From positions 29,824,001 to 29,888,000 of the forward strand of contig NW_024704743.1 of assembly GCF_018977255.1 (NCBI RefSeq): a stretch of DNA of 64,000 nt, given 5' to 3'. The translations under genes were made by a program, and so were the position numbers. This document shows positions 27,002 through 38,053 of the stretch, in pieces; the stretch's first letter is position 1; each line of letters begins with the position of its first letter. The notes below the pieces were generated by a model. That model ran no database searches. It was given only the letters and a program-made list of their open reading frames with translations, and was not told the origin of the DNA. This stretch comes from Callorhinchus milii. Its lineage: Eukaryota.

Positions 27002-27158
27002 TCAGCTGCCCAAAAACTTTGTGTGACGACCCTGAGCAATGAGCTTTCCTGTTGTTTTGCTTGTCAAATCGACAGTTGCAAAGCCAAGAGTCCGACCTTG
27101 CTTCAGCACCTCAGCAGATATGATAAGATCCTCTCCCACTTTAGCTGCATTCATGTAC
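27002..27158 (-). CDS. ACOT13: ACOT13 coding exon 3 (YMNAAKVGED...GRHTKFLGS*)
   Basis: cag acceptor, phase 2; TGA at 27002-27004; minus-strand ATTAAA at 26936-26941. Confidence 0.95.
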
Positions 27159-30100
27159 CTGAAAAGAGAGGAAAAATGGCAGGTTACACAATGGGAGCTG
27201 AAACATTTATATTTGAACTCACATATATTGACTCCAACAAAAACAGAAGTTGCTGGAAACACTTGGCAGGTCAGGCAGCATCTATGGAGAAAGGAAAGTT
27301 AGTCAACGTTTCTGGTCCACAAAACTTCGGCAGAACTAGGGAATGTTGGGAGGGAGAGGCTTTTAAGGGCTAACAGAGAGGGGAGAGGGAGGGCAAGGAA
27401 GACAAAAGAGAAAATGGGGTAAAGGACAAGGGATGATGAGTTAAAGCGATGTTAATGATGCAAAACAAAGTGGGGGATTGCAACAAAATAGGGCAAAAGA
27501 GGCATATATCAACTCCTGCCGGGTAACTGAATGTTTCTTTTTGATAGCCGGATGCCTAAGGGAATGCAAACCAAAATGAAAGTTCCATGCATAACTACGT
27601 ATACATGAAAATTCCCGAGATATATATTGGAACGGCATTCGAACTTTCTCCCAGTTAGGAATTTAGCTTGTCGAGTTAACAGGAACTGAATGGGAAGAGT
27701 CCAGGCCCCAGTGACTGGTCTGCCCTTCCAAGTCCTGCCAATGAGCCAGGCTGGCTGGGCTGTCAGCATTAGTGCCCTGGAATACTGCAGACCTGCCTGG
27801 CTCAAGAACAGGACTGCTGAACCGCCACAGAGTATTGCTTTGATTTTAACATTCTGTGGCCAAACATGTCACCTTGCAGCCAGTTCAGCTCCAGGGAGAC
27901 TCTGCTTATCTTCCCCCCAAATAGAACAATCACTATTTGGTCAGTTGATATCTGACATGCGCAGGTTTGAGCTCTCAGTAGGTGGATGGACGATACCCGG
28001 AATTTCCTGCGAGCTGTAAGGATAACTGAATGGTATCAGGTGAATGGCACTATACAAATATATTTTTTATCTTTCTCCCCCAAAAAGCTAGCAAATAAAC
28101 TGGCCATCACCAGATTTTTTAAAAAGACAGTTTTGTTGTGAGAGAAAGGGTAAAACTAAATTTTATTCCACATTTGTTTTCCTCTTCACAAAACATCTTT
28201 CTGAGATGGAAACCTTGCAGCTCACAGACAGCATCACAACATGCACTAGTTGTAATCAGTAGTGTGTAAATAGTTGGGATTATAGTAGAATCATTGGTAT
28301 TGATCATGTAGTGAATAGATGAATTAAGTAGAATGAATTAAAGAAATAAAAACTGCCATGTGGCACACACGTACACACTCACACCCACACACACACACAC
28401 AGCCCTAGTAAAGAGGCGCCGAGGTAGGAGGAGTACACTGGAATGTGACCCATGGCCAGGGAAGATAAGGATAGCAGATCTAGAGAATGGATGGTAGGCC
28501 ATCTGCGCTTACAAGGGCATGTGACCTACGGGCAGGAGAGATAGGAACCTGGGATAATTGGACCAGGAGAATAGATGGGATACAAACTAGCAATTAAAAT
28601 TGAGAAAATGCTTAAAGTGAGCAGGTCACATGGACGGAGTTAGAAAGAAGGACTGAAACTTCAGAGATATGGAGTCACGTGGTTTGGTCAGGCTAGATAA
28701 GATGGAATAGGAGGAGTATTGTTCTCTTGCAAAAGAAACACTAGCTGGTACAAGGAGAAATGACTTGAAGATAGGGAAGAATGCCTGGGAAAAGTGCAGA
28801 GAGTGGGAAAGAAGTCATGGGAAGAAAAGTTAGAACACAGATGGCTGACGAAAAAGAGTATAAAAATCGATAGCCAAAACCTAAAGAGTTTTTTTTGGAG
28901 CCTCTGAGGAGAGGAAGGGGACAAACCTCTATGGAGAGGAAGAAGAGCGCCTTTGAGGGAAAGAGGACAAGTCTAGCTCTCGCCGGAGTGGACCGCAAAG
29001 AGGACCAGTTCAGTCTTTGCCTGAGTGGACCACCAAGAGACGTTTGCAGCTCGAAGCAAGCCAGAGACGGTGTTTAACTTTTGTGCCAGCCTTAGAACTT
29101 CGTCACAACTTTTCCTGCCTGCTTGGTAGTATCTCTCCTATTTACTAAAACACGCACCCAACATACATACAAAACAGTTAGAGATTATTTAGATACATTT
29201 CATATGTCACATAATTTTTTTATATATGTTTAGAATTTTAGTATTGAGTGTATCTTGTAAAAATAGTGCTTCAGTAGTCATTTAAGCGCGACGAGTAATG
29301 ATAATGCGTTGGGTATAATGTGATGTTTATGCTTGTGTGGTTTTATAATTGCTAATAAAGCATTTTAATAATATCCTTGGTGTGGTTTCTGACAAATACT
29401 TGAACCCAATTTCACAAGTGTCATCACATTGGATACAAGCACGATTTTGCTCCGCTCTGATTGTAACTCTCCCTCTCCCTTTGTAATTCTCTTTGTAATA
29501 TAACCCAGTAACATTCAGTATGATATATACTATAAAATGTCAATGTATGATATTACCTAATGGATTATTATGTGTTGCATATTATTAGATGATATTATAT
29601 ATAATATAACCTAATAACACTGCCCAGCCAAATAGCTATTTAATTGCAGTAATGGAGGTCAGCTGAAGCCCATGTCACATTCCTCTGGTAATTAAATCAT
29701 TCTAAATGCTACAAACATCATTTCTGGATACAAAACCAATCCTACAAGCTATAATTTATGATTAGTGTGCAGAAAAACGTAGCTGATAGGAGGATAAATA
29801 AATCTGCCTGTTTTCCTGTTCTCAATCATGTCCAGTGTCTGACTATACATATATTTTCACTAGTCAAGGAAAACAGGCCATAGTCCCTACCCCCCACTCC
29901 TAATATCACGTGACCTGGTAACAAAATAATCAGCCAAATGACCATTTATTTGTAGCCCTGAAGGTCAACTGCTGTCAGTGGAGCCAATGGCTTGGGGGAA
30001 AGAGTCAGGGGGAAGGAGTGGTGGGGGAAGAAAGAGAGAGAAAGGGAGGGGGAAAAAAAACTTGCAACACTGGATCACCAACCGTTTGGCTAACAATAAT

Positions 30101-33100
30101 AATCATTGCATTTTGATATAGCACCTTATCACGTCATAGAGAAGTATCAAAGCGTTTCACAGGATACACTATAAAGTGGATCGAATGACTGTATATCTTG
30201 TGGGCGAAACAACCAGGTTGCCCAAGTTAGACTTACGTTATATTCATGTCTACACTGACTCCTGGTGTTGCTCTTTCCGTATTCAGTAAGGCTGTTGTTG
30301 ACACCACGTCGACAATAGTAGCAATCAACCCTCCATGCAGAGCACTTGATCGGTTTACATGCTCTTCCTCCACTTTCAACTCGCAAACAACTTTCCCAGG
30401 ACTTGCTGAAACAACATTCATCTACAAAGTAGACAGTGAAGGAGTATCACAGTTCTTTCTGAAATTAATATACATTTTTAAAGATGTGCTCTATGTTACT
30501 ACCAAATGCAAACACTATCCTTTAGAATAGTAGTGTTTGGTGTACTGTATTCCTAAATTGTATACTTACACTCCGTGTCCTAGCAGAACTCTTAAGACTT
30601 GAGGTCCAATTTGTGGTTTGGACAATAAAGCCATAAGTCGGGCCGGCTCAGTTGGTAGCACTCTCACCTCTGAGTCAGAAGGTTGGGGATTCCAGCCCCA
30701 TATTGGGACTTGAACTCATATTGTCTAAGATGACATTCCAGTGCAGTGCTGGGGGTCCACTGCATTGTTAGAGATGTAGTCCTTTGGATTAGACGTTAAT
30801 CCAATATCCCATCAGCCTGCTAAAGCTCTCAAATAAAATTAGTCCCCCAAATAAAATTGGTCATTTACTTCATGGCTGTTTGTGGGATACTGCTATACAC
30901 AATTGGCTGCTGTGTTTGTCCTCACAGTCACTGTATTGTGAAACGCTTGAGGACGTCCCCTGATGTGAAAGGCACTATACCAAATGTAAGGATTATTATC
31001 ATAAACTTGCAGGTTCTGATAAGAGATATGAGACCGACACAGAGGATTGATATGATTCCAACATTCTGTTGCCAAGCACCTCACCCTGGAGCCAATCTTC
31101 CTCTTACCCCAGGAGGATAGTCATTAGCTGACAACACAGTTTTGAGCCTCATTAGGAGGATGGCAGATACCAGGAATTCCCCTTGAGCTTCCTGGTGGGT
31201 AACACAGGTCAACATGAAATGCGTGAGAGTATTGTTTCCACCCTCTCTCTGCCAACAGCTCAGTCACACATCCCTTCCTATTGAGTAGTGGTTCCATCTG
31301 TTCCATCTGGAGGTGTAAAGTTTGAGCAGCAGCTGCTTACCTCTCTGAAAACCAATCAAGATGGATATCAAGCCCTGGATATATGAACGTGTGCTCATAA
31401 ACCCAGACTCCAGGTAATCCTTCCAGCTTCAGGCCTCAGACTTTCCTCAGCTACTTGACAAATGTCTTTCTTCAGTGTGATGGGAGGACCTTTATAGAAC
31501 ATCTTAAGATGTGCCAGCCACCCAAGTCCAATGCTTAATCCAAGTCACTTTGACAACTAGGTGTGCCCGCCTCAAAGCTGACTGCCTCCAGGGTGCTCAG
31601 AACAGTATTCCAGAACTTGACTTAGTTGCCATTCTTCATCCGCAACCCTCGACTGCAAGTCTCTTCAGGCTATTTGACAGTGAGAAGCCTCACAGCTGAG
31701 TCTAATGCTGTTCTCGCCAAACATCCACCCATATGCACTTTCCAGCAAAGGTGACTGGGTGGCGATCAGGAGCCAGAGACCGTTTTTCCCCGGGACACAT
31801 TGTAGCCCTCCTGATTCAGCATTTTATTTGGATTCAGTATTGGACTCCCAACACCTTGTTTTTAAGGCTGACAACAATCATCAGAATTCTCTCCAATGTG
31901 TTGATGCCTTACATTTGATATAGTGCCTTTCACATCAGGATGTTTCAAAGCACTTCACAGGATTTTCTATGAACTGGAGTGACTATTTGTCGGTGAATGC
32001 AGCAGCCCAATTATACATAGCCATGTCCCACAGACGACTGTTGAAGAAATGACCAATTTCTTTCACAGTTTCCTTTTTCTTTTTGAATAGTGCTGTGGGA
32101 TCTTTAACATCCATTTGAATGGGCAGACAGAACCTCTGTTTAATCTGTCATGCAAAGGACGGCACCTCCAACAATGAAGCCCCCACCTCCACTCCCCCCA
32201 GCGCTGCATTGGGGTATCAGCAGGGATTACACAAGTTCCATTCCTGACTTGGGGTTTGAACCCACAATCTTCAACGGTGCCTTTGGTCACCTCCCCCCAC
32301 CCCCACTGACCACCCCTTCCAATTTGGTGTCAAAACACTCCACTGTTAAGCGCTCCAAGACGCTGCCCTGCATAAAGGATGTTATATAATAATAATCCTT
32401 GCATTTGATATAGTGCCTTATCACGTGTTCTCGACATCTCAAGCAATACACAGAATATACTGTAAAGTGAATTGACTCTACGTTTTATGTATGAAACGCG
32501 ACAGTCAATTGCGCATGGCAGTGTCCCACAAACAGTCATGGACTGAGTGACCACATTATTATTATTTATTTTTTATTATTTTTTGAAGGCATTATCCCCG
32601 GAAAAGCGATCCACCAATCGACTAACAACCAGGTTTCTATTTACTGCTAGGTAAAGCTAGGTAGCTCTGAGATGCTACCCTGCGTGGAGTGCAAGTTGTT
32701 GTTATTGTTACAGGTAAACAGAGGCGTGTGGAGTAAGGAAACATGCACAACGTTTAACCCTGGGAATCAAACCCAGGTCTGCTCGCTTGCGAGGCGAGCG
32801 CTCTGACCACTTCGCTACAGGACTCCACTCCATATAAATGCAAGTTGCTGTTGTTGTACACTGCATTACACAAAGTGTCAAGTAGAAACTTGTGACTATC
32901 CGGGAAGGTGAGGTGTTGTAAGTGGGGTCTCCTTAGAGGTGAGTTGACTCTACTGTGAAGTGCTTGGCAATGGAATGTCAGAATTGTCAACCCTCTGTGG
33001 CGGTCTCTGTAGTCCAGTTTCTGAGCCAAACCTGTCCACAATACTCCCGGGTACCACTGATGACAAACCAGCTAGCTTGGCACATCAGCAGGATTTGGAG

Positions 33101-34368
33101 GCAGACACGGGGGCAGTGTTCGGAGATTAATTAACAATTAGGGTTCTCCAAGATGGACAAGCAGCGAGAAACTTGCTAGACAATGCTCTCAATGGCAAGC
33201 TATGTGGTTAAGCTGGTTAAACTTCACAAGTACTCCTATACACAATCTAGGGTCCCCAACGCTTGGACCTCCCCAGCCTGATGAAAATGGGTAAATCTGG
33301 GCATTTTTCTCCAACATAAAAGAAATTACATATATAGTGTAATATCCTGTTAAGCCCTGACACATCCTGCTATCCCTTGTCCATGAAACATCCGCTATAG
33401 GAAATGAGTTCTTTGATTGGAGTTACATTACATGAATGATTCATGGGATCCATCAGAAAAATATTCAAGCGGAAAAGTTTGTTCAACTTGTCAGGCAAAA
33501 TATAGCACCGCACTATACAGTAGTTATAATAATAATAATCCTTGCATTTGATATAGCGCTTTTTACGTCTTCTTGACGTCTCAAAGCGCTTCACGGAATA
33601 TGCTGTAAAGTGAATTGACCGTATATTTGTGGGCGAAATGCGGCAGCCAATTGCGCACAGCAGTGTCCCATCGCTTAAAACTGGTGCAACTGGTGAAACT
33701 GGTGCAGAATTCACCTGCTCAGCTATTTATATTCACAGCTTTATTGGATGTCATAAATAGACAATCTGGATTTTTTGGGAGGAGTAAGTGAAATGGTGAC
33801 GATTTAGACACTGAGTTCAACCACTTAACAATAACAACTTGTATTTGCATAGCGCCTTTCACAACGAGAGGACGTCCCAAGGCCCTAGACAGTCATAGGA
33901 TTTTGACCTGAGCAGGGGTTGGGATCAAGTGGGTTGGACTTTGTTTCAATGCACAACAATAATAATAATAATCCTTGCATTTGATATAGCACCTTGTAAT
34001 AATAATAATAATCCTTGCATTTGATATAGCGCTTTTCATGTCGGGAGGATGTCCCAAAGCGCTTCACAGAACACACTGTAAAGTGAATTGACTGTATATT
34101 TGTGGGCAAACGCTGCAGCCAATTATCATGTTATTGAGACGCCTCAAAGTACTTCACAGAATATAAAGTGGCTTGACTTTAAAAAAAAGGCTTTGTTTTT
34201 AAACAAAAACCTTGCATTACAATCCAGCGCAATTTACATTTAGGATCGGAGGTACTATGTTTCCACAAAGCTTTTCTAACGCTTTACCTTTCTTAAAACC
34301 TGATCGAAACCGCGTCCTCCTGTTATGCTTCTGATGATCTCCCTGAGAGCATTCACGGATGAAGCCAT
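27002..34368 (-). CDS. ACOT13: Acyl-CoA thioesterase 13 (hotdog fold); 3 coding exons, 140 aa
   Basis: Exons 34288-34368, 30237-30421 and 27002-27158. HVN...LHGG motif, catalytic Asp (IVDVVS), PGVSVDMNIT, C-terminal IAQGRHTK. Confidence 0.96.
28359..29429 (+). mobile_element. Candidate solo LTR
   Basis: About 1.07-kb block starting TGTGG, with TATAAAA near 28859, AATAAA near 29354 and a ...TCACA end; no target-site duplication seen. Confidence 0.4.
30237..30421 (-). CDS. ACOT13: ACOT13 coding exon 2
   Basis: tag|ATG AAT GTT...AC|gtaagt. Confidence 0.96.
30640..31000 (+). mobile_element. Older Deu-domain SINE
   Basis: Head GGCTCAGTTGGTAGCACTCTCACCTCTGAGTCAGAAGG; Deu core; tail. Confidence 0.8.
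31900..32270 (-). mobile_element. Older Deu-domain SINE
   Basis: Homologous to 25380-25780. Confidence 0.75.
32385..32830 (-). mobile_element. tRNA-Ala-like SINE, long variant
   Basis: Same head and tail as 36547 plus an internal GTTTACCTAGCAGTAAATAG...GTTAGTCGATTGG segment. Confidence 0.8.
33525..34165 (-). mobile_element. Cluster of SINE/L2 3' tails (33525-33672, 33826-33885, 33955-34165)
   Basis: Repeated AATAATAATCCTTGCATTTGATATAGCGC; the tail is tandemly duplicated at 33958 and 33998. Confidence 0.85.
34288..34368 (-). CDS. ACOT13: ACOT13 coding exon 1 (MASSVNALREIIRSITGGRGFDQVLRK)
   Basis: ataATGG start; donor AAG|gtaaag; resembles human MTSMTQSLREVIK...FERVLGK. Confidence 0.9.
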
Positions 34369-35004
34369 TATTTTCAACCTGATCTAGGGTGAAACACAAG
34401 AGACAAGGTGAAATATCACGCTAAGTGTATAGGAGCAGAGTTTGGGCTATTTTGTTGCGCTTGCGGAATAAGCACTGTACTTCTCATAGAGCCCGGACTT
34501 TGCCCTGCCTCTGACACACTGCTCTCTCTGTCACTCACCTTGCTTTGCCTCTAACACTCTGCTCCTCTGTCACTCAAACCGCTCTCCTTCCTGGATCTGC
34601 AGATCGATGCCGCTTTCCCCGCGACACACCCACAACCAGCATTTGGTTCCTATACCTGTGCAATACTGCACTTCAACTGGATCTGCTCGTACTTACAGAG
34701 GCTCCTCACCTTTGTGAAAAAAAGTGAATCACCTGTTCCTCCCAACTGATTCCGAGATAAAGACTAGATCATTGCTGATGAACTGCAAGACCCGCATCTA
34801 AAGCTCAGAAATCTGGAAGAAGGGGTAGGACTTTTCTTTTTTTAATCTTGCTTTCTGCAACTTCACATTTCTTTCTCCCCAGTAATAAGTTCACATGTCA
34901 ATGAAAACATAATTACTGTAAATCCTGTAATCATGTTTCTTTAATTGACAAGTAATGCAATGATCAATAATCTTTGCATTTCATACAACGCCCATAAATG
35001 TGGC

Positions 35005-35560
35005 AGCCTTGCACAGTGGTAGCATTCTTGCCTCTGAGTCAGAAGATTGTGGGTTCAAGTTCCATGTCAGGACTTGGAATCACATAAGTCTAACTCTAAG
35101 GTGACACTCTAATACAGTGCTGGTGGTGGGAGGTGGGCTGTTACATTGGGAGGTGCTGGCCTTTGGATGAGACATTAAACCGAGATCCTGTCTGCCTATT
35201 CAGGTGGTAACTGATAGCATGGTCGAAAAGGAGGGTTCTGAGGTGGGACTTGAAAGAGGCTAAGGAGGGTGCGAGACGGAGTGAATTCCAGAGGTTGAGG
35301 GCAGAGTGGCTGAAGGCTCTCCCACCAATAGTGGGGCGGGTGGGTCGGGGGACATGGAGTAGCCCGGAGCCGGCTGAGCGGAGGGAGCGGGCGGGTTGGT
35401 ACATGGTTAGGAGGTCGCAGAGGTAGGGTGGGGTGAGGCCACGGAGGGCTTTGTAGGTGAGGACCAGGCTCTTGAACTGGATCCTCTGAAGGATAGGGAG
35501 CCAATGGAGTCGGGCGAGAATGGGGAAGATGGGGTCATGGAGTTTGGTGCGGGAGAGGAC
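35005..35560. mobile_element. Deu-SINE 5' half (+, 35005-35207) abutting an L2 fragment (-, 35207-35560)
   Basis: SINE head and core, followed by reverse-strand L2 C-terminal coding sequence (RPTIGGRAFSHSALNLWNSL). Confidence 0.8.
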
Positions 35561-36546
35561 AATGGCAAACTATTCAGCTTTAGCTGGTTAAACTTCAGCA
35601 ATATCCCCAATGCACACTCGAGGGTCCCCAAGCCTTGGCGCTAGACACCTTGTGCCTAATATTCTCCAGGGAGGGAATGTGCATCCCATTTCAGACAATG
35701 GGAAATAATCACGTGTAGGTGGCATTCAAATATGTTGCTATTAACTGATACCTGGCTGACCTAAAAAAACAAGGAACTCTACCAAACTGGTTAGAGCACA
35801 AATTTTATTTCGTTGTCATAGGTGATCAGATTATTCGTAGGTGATCAGATTATTAATCCTATATTGAAATAGTGCCATTAGCAATTTTGACTATATAGCA
35901 TTTAATCTTATCCGAGAATTTTAAAAAATCGATAGTGAATGTGTATACTATACAGGTGTGCACGATCGGGTGAACCCCAATGATTTTGGCAGGAACGCAC
36001 TGTCAAATCTGCATTCTCCTTGTGCCTCTCTATGGAGAGCACAGGGACAGGGGAGACAATATAATAATAATAATAACAATCCTTACATTTTATTTAGCGC
36101 CTTATCATGACGTCTCAAAGCATTTCATAGGATTATACTGTAACGTGGAGTGACTGTTGTTTTGTGGGCGAAACCTAAGCACGAGACAAGAGCAGGCGAG
36201 TTGCCTGGTTCGACGAGTTTGCAATGTGTACATAATAAAAAGTTATTTTTGGTCAACCGGGGGTCTGACAATGCGGAAGCCCATCACCGTGCATAAGAGT
36301 CTCCAAATCAAACCGAGATTTCCACGCATCCCACCTACACGTGGAAATCCCAGACAGGGATTGTTGGAATGGAATGGGCACTCTCCCCCCGGAGGGACGC
36401 TTCCTGCTTCCCTAATTCCGGAAAGTAACGGGGTGCAGGTTGGCAAGAGCCAAGGCTGTGGGGGGGATCCCAGAGTGTGTGTCGGGTGGGGGGGGGGTAA
36501 CTGCTGGAGTCTAACCCGCTAATACCGCGCGGCTTGTCATCCATTT

Positions 36547-36874
36547 GTGGAGTCCTGTAGCTCAGTGGTTAGAGCACTCGCTTCGCAAGCGAGAGACCTG
36601 AGTTCAATTCCAGGCAGAGGGCGAAACCTTGGGCAAGTTTCCTTACTCCACACAGAGCCTAATAATAATCCCTCCAAAAAACAAAAACAATAATAAATTG
36701 GTCATTTTCAATCTACGACTGTTTGTGGGACATTGCTGTGCACAATTGGCTGCCGCGTTCGCCCACAAATATACAGTCAATTCACTTTACAGTGTGTTCT
36801 GTGAAGCGCTTTGGGACGTCCTCTCGATGTGAAAAGCGCTATATCAAATGCAAGGATTATTATTATTATTATTA
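36547..36874 (+). mobile_element. Full-length young tRNA-Ala-like SINE
   Basis: A box TAGCTCAGTGG, B box GTTCAATTCC, CTTCGCA anticodon-like loop, Deu-type 3' body, L2-type tail with (TTA)n. Confidence 0.93.
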
Positions 36875-37006
36875 TCGATGCCGCTGTTCCGGTGAGCTTT
36901 CCCACTGCTTGTCCGGCTTAAGACCGCCCGACATGTTCGGGCTTGGGCTTGCAAGGTTAGCAGGAGCTGAGGGGGATGATTCCCTGCCCTTCCAGGTCCT
37001 GCCAGT

Positions 37007-37630
37007 GAGCCAGGCAGGGCAGAGCAGGGCCAGGCAGAGCAGAGCAGAGCCAGGCAAGGTAGTGCCAGGCAGGGCAGGGCAGAGCCAGGCAGGGCAGAGC
37101 AGAGCCAGGCAGGGCAGAGCAGAGCAGAGCCAGGCAAGGTAGTGCCAGGCAGGGCAGGGCAGAGCCAGGCAGGGCAGAGCAGAGCCAGGCAAGGTAGTGC
37201 CAGGCAGGGCAGAGCAGAGCCAGGCAGGGCAGGGCAGAGCCGGGCAGGGCAGAGCAGAGCAGAGCCAGGCAGGGCAGTGCCAGGCAGGGCAGAGCAGAGC
37301 CAGGCAGAGCAGAGCCAGGCAGGGCAGAGCAGGGCAGGGCAGAGCCAGGCAGAGCCGGGCAAGGCAGAGCCGGGCAGAGCAGAGCCAGGCAGGGCAGTGC
37401 CAGGCAGGGCAGAGCAGAGCCAGGCAGAGCAGAGCCAGGCAGAGCAGAGCAGGGCAGGGCAGAGCCAGGCAGGGCAGAGCAGGGCAGGGCAGAGCCAGGC
37501 AGAGCCGGGCAGGGCAGAGCAGAGCCAGGCAGAGCAGAGCAGAGCCAGGCAACGCAGTGCCAGGCAGGGCAGGGCAGAGCCAGGCAGAGCAGAGCCAGGC
37601 AGGGCAGAGCCAGGCAGGGCAGGGCAGAGC
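37007..37630. repeat. Pentamer-based satellite (GGCAG/AGAGC/AGCCA)
   Basis: Tandem array directly visible. Confidence 0.97.
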
Positions 37631-37762
37631 TGTGATGAGCGATGCTCTGGATACTGAACCTGGTTAATCCGCAGCCAATTGGTTTGGGGGAAGAACAGGT
37701 CCCTGTGAGGAGCAGCAGCAGCAGCGGGAGGGGGAGGAGGCGGAGAGGAGGAGTTTGTGGCC

Positions 37763-38053
37763 ATGAGTGACCTGGAGCCTGAGTGTAAGAGGCCGAGAAT
37801 CACAGAGCCCGAGCTCGACCCCGGGGAGAGGCTCGAGCCGCCTCCTGCAGCCGCCCGGGGCCCGGCCCAGGAGCAGCCCGAGGCCCAGCCCCAGCCCGAG
37901 GCCCGGCCCGAGGCCCAGCCCCAGCCCCGGCCCGAGGATGAGGAGGAAGCGGAGAGGCGCCGCCGCGGCCTCTGCACTGAGTTCTCCGCGGTGTCGGGCA
38001 CTGAGGAGGCCGCGGCTCAGTGCTACTTGGCGGCCAGTGGCTGGGAACTGGGG
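37763..38053 (+). CDS. TDP2: TDP2 exon 1 (MSDLEPECKRPR...QCYLAASGWELG)
   Basis: gccATG start; UBA-like LCTEFSAVSG...AQCYLA; donor GGG|gtgggt. Confidence 0.88.

Larger units (their letters stand above)
36244..37707 (+). mobile_element. Unclassified interspersed repeat, interrupted by a SINE and a satellite
   Basis: Collinear similarity with 46333-46610, 59820-60325, 27650-27940, 52215-52467, 31025-31130, 32900-33280(-), 35560-35705(-) and 25245-25310(-). Confidence 0.75.

Noticed and set aside
36549..36625. tRNA-Ala gene (also at 44498, 54215 and 63835)
   Set aside because: The acceptor stem does not close and each copy continues into a SINE body and tail.
36844..38001. 385-aa minus-strand ORF and overlapping ORFs
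   Set aside because: Satellite sequence plus the antisense of GC-rich TDP2 exon 1.
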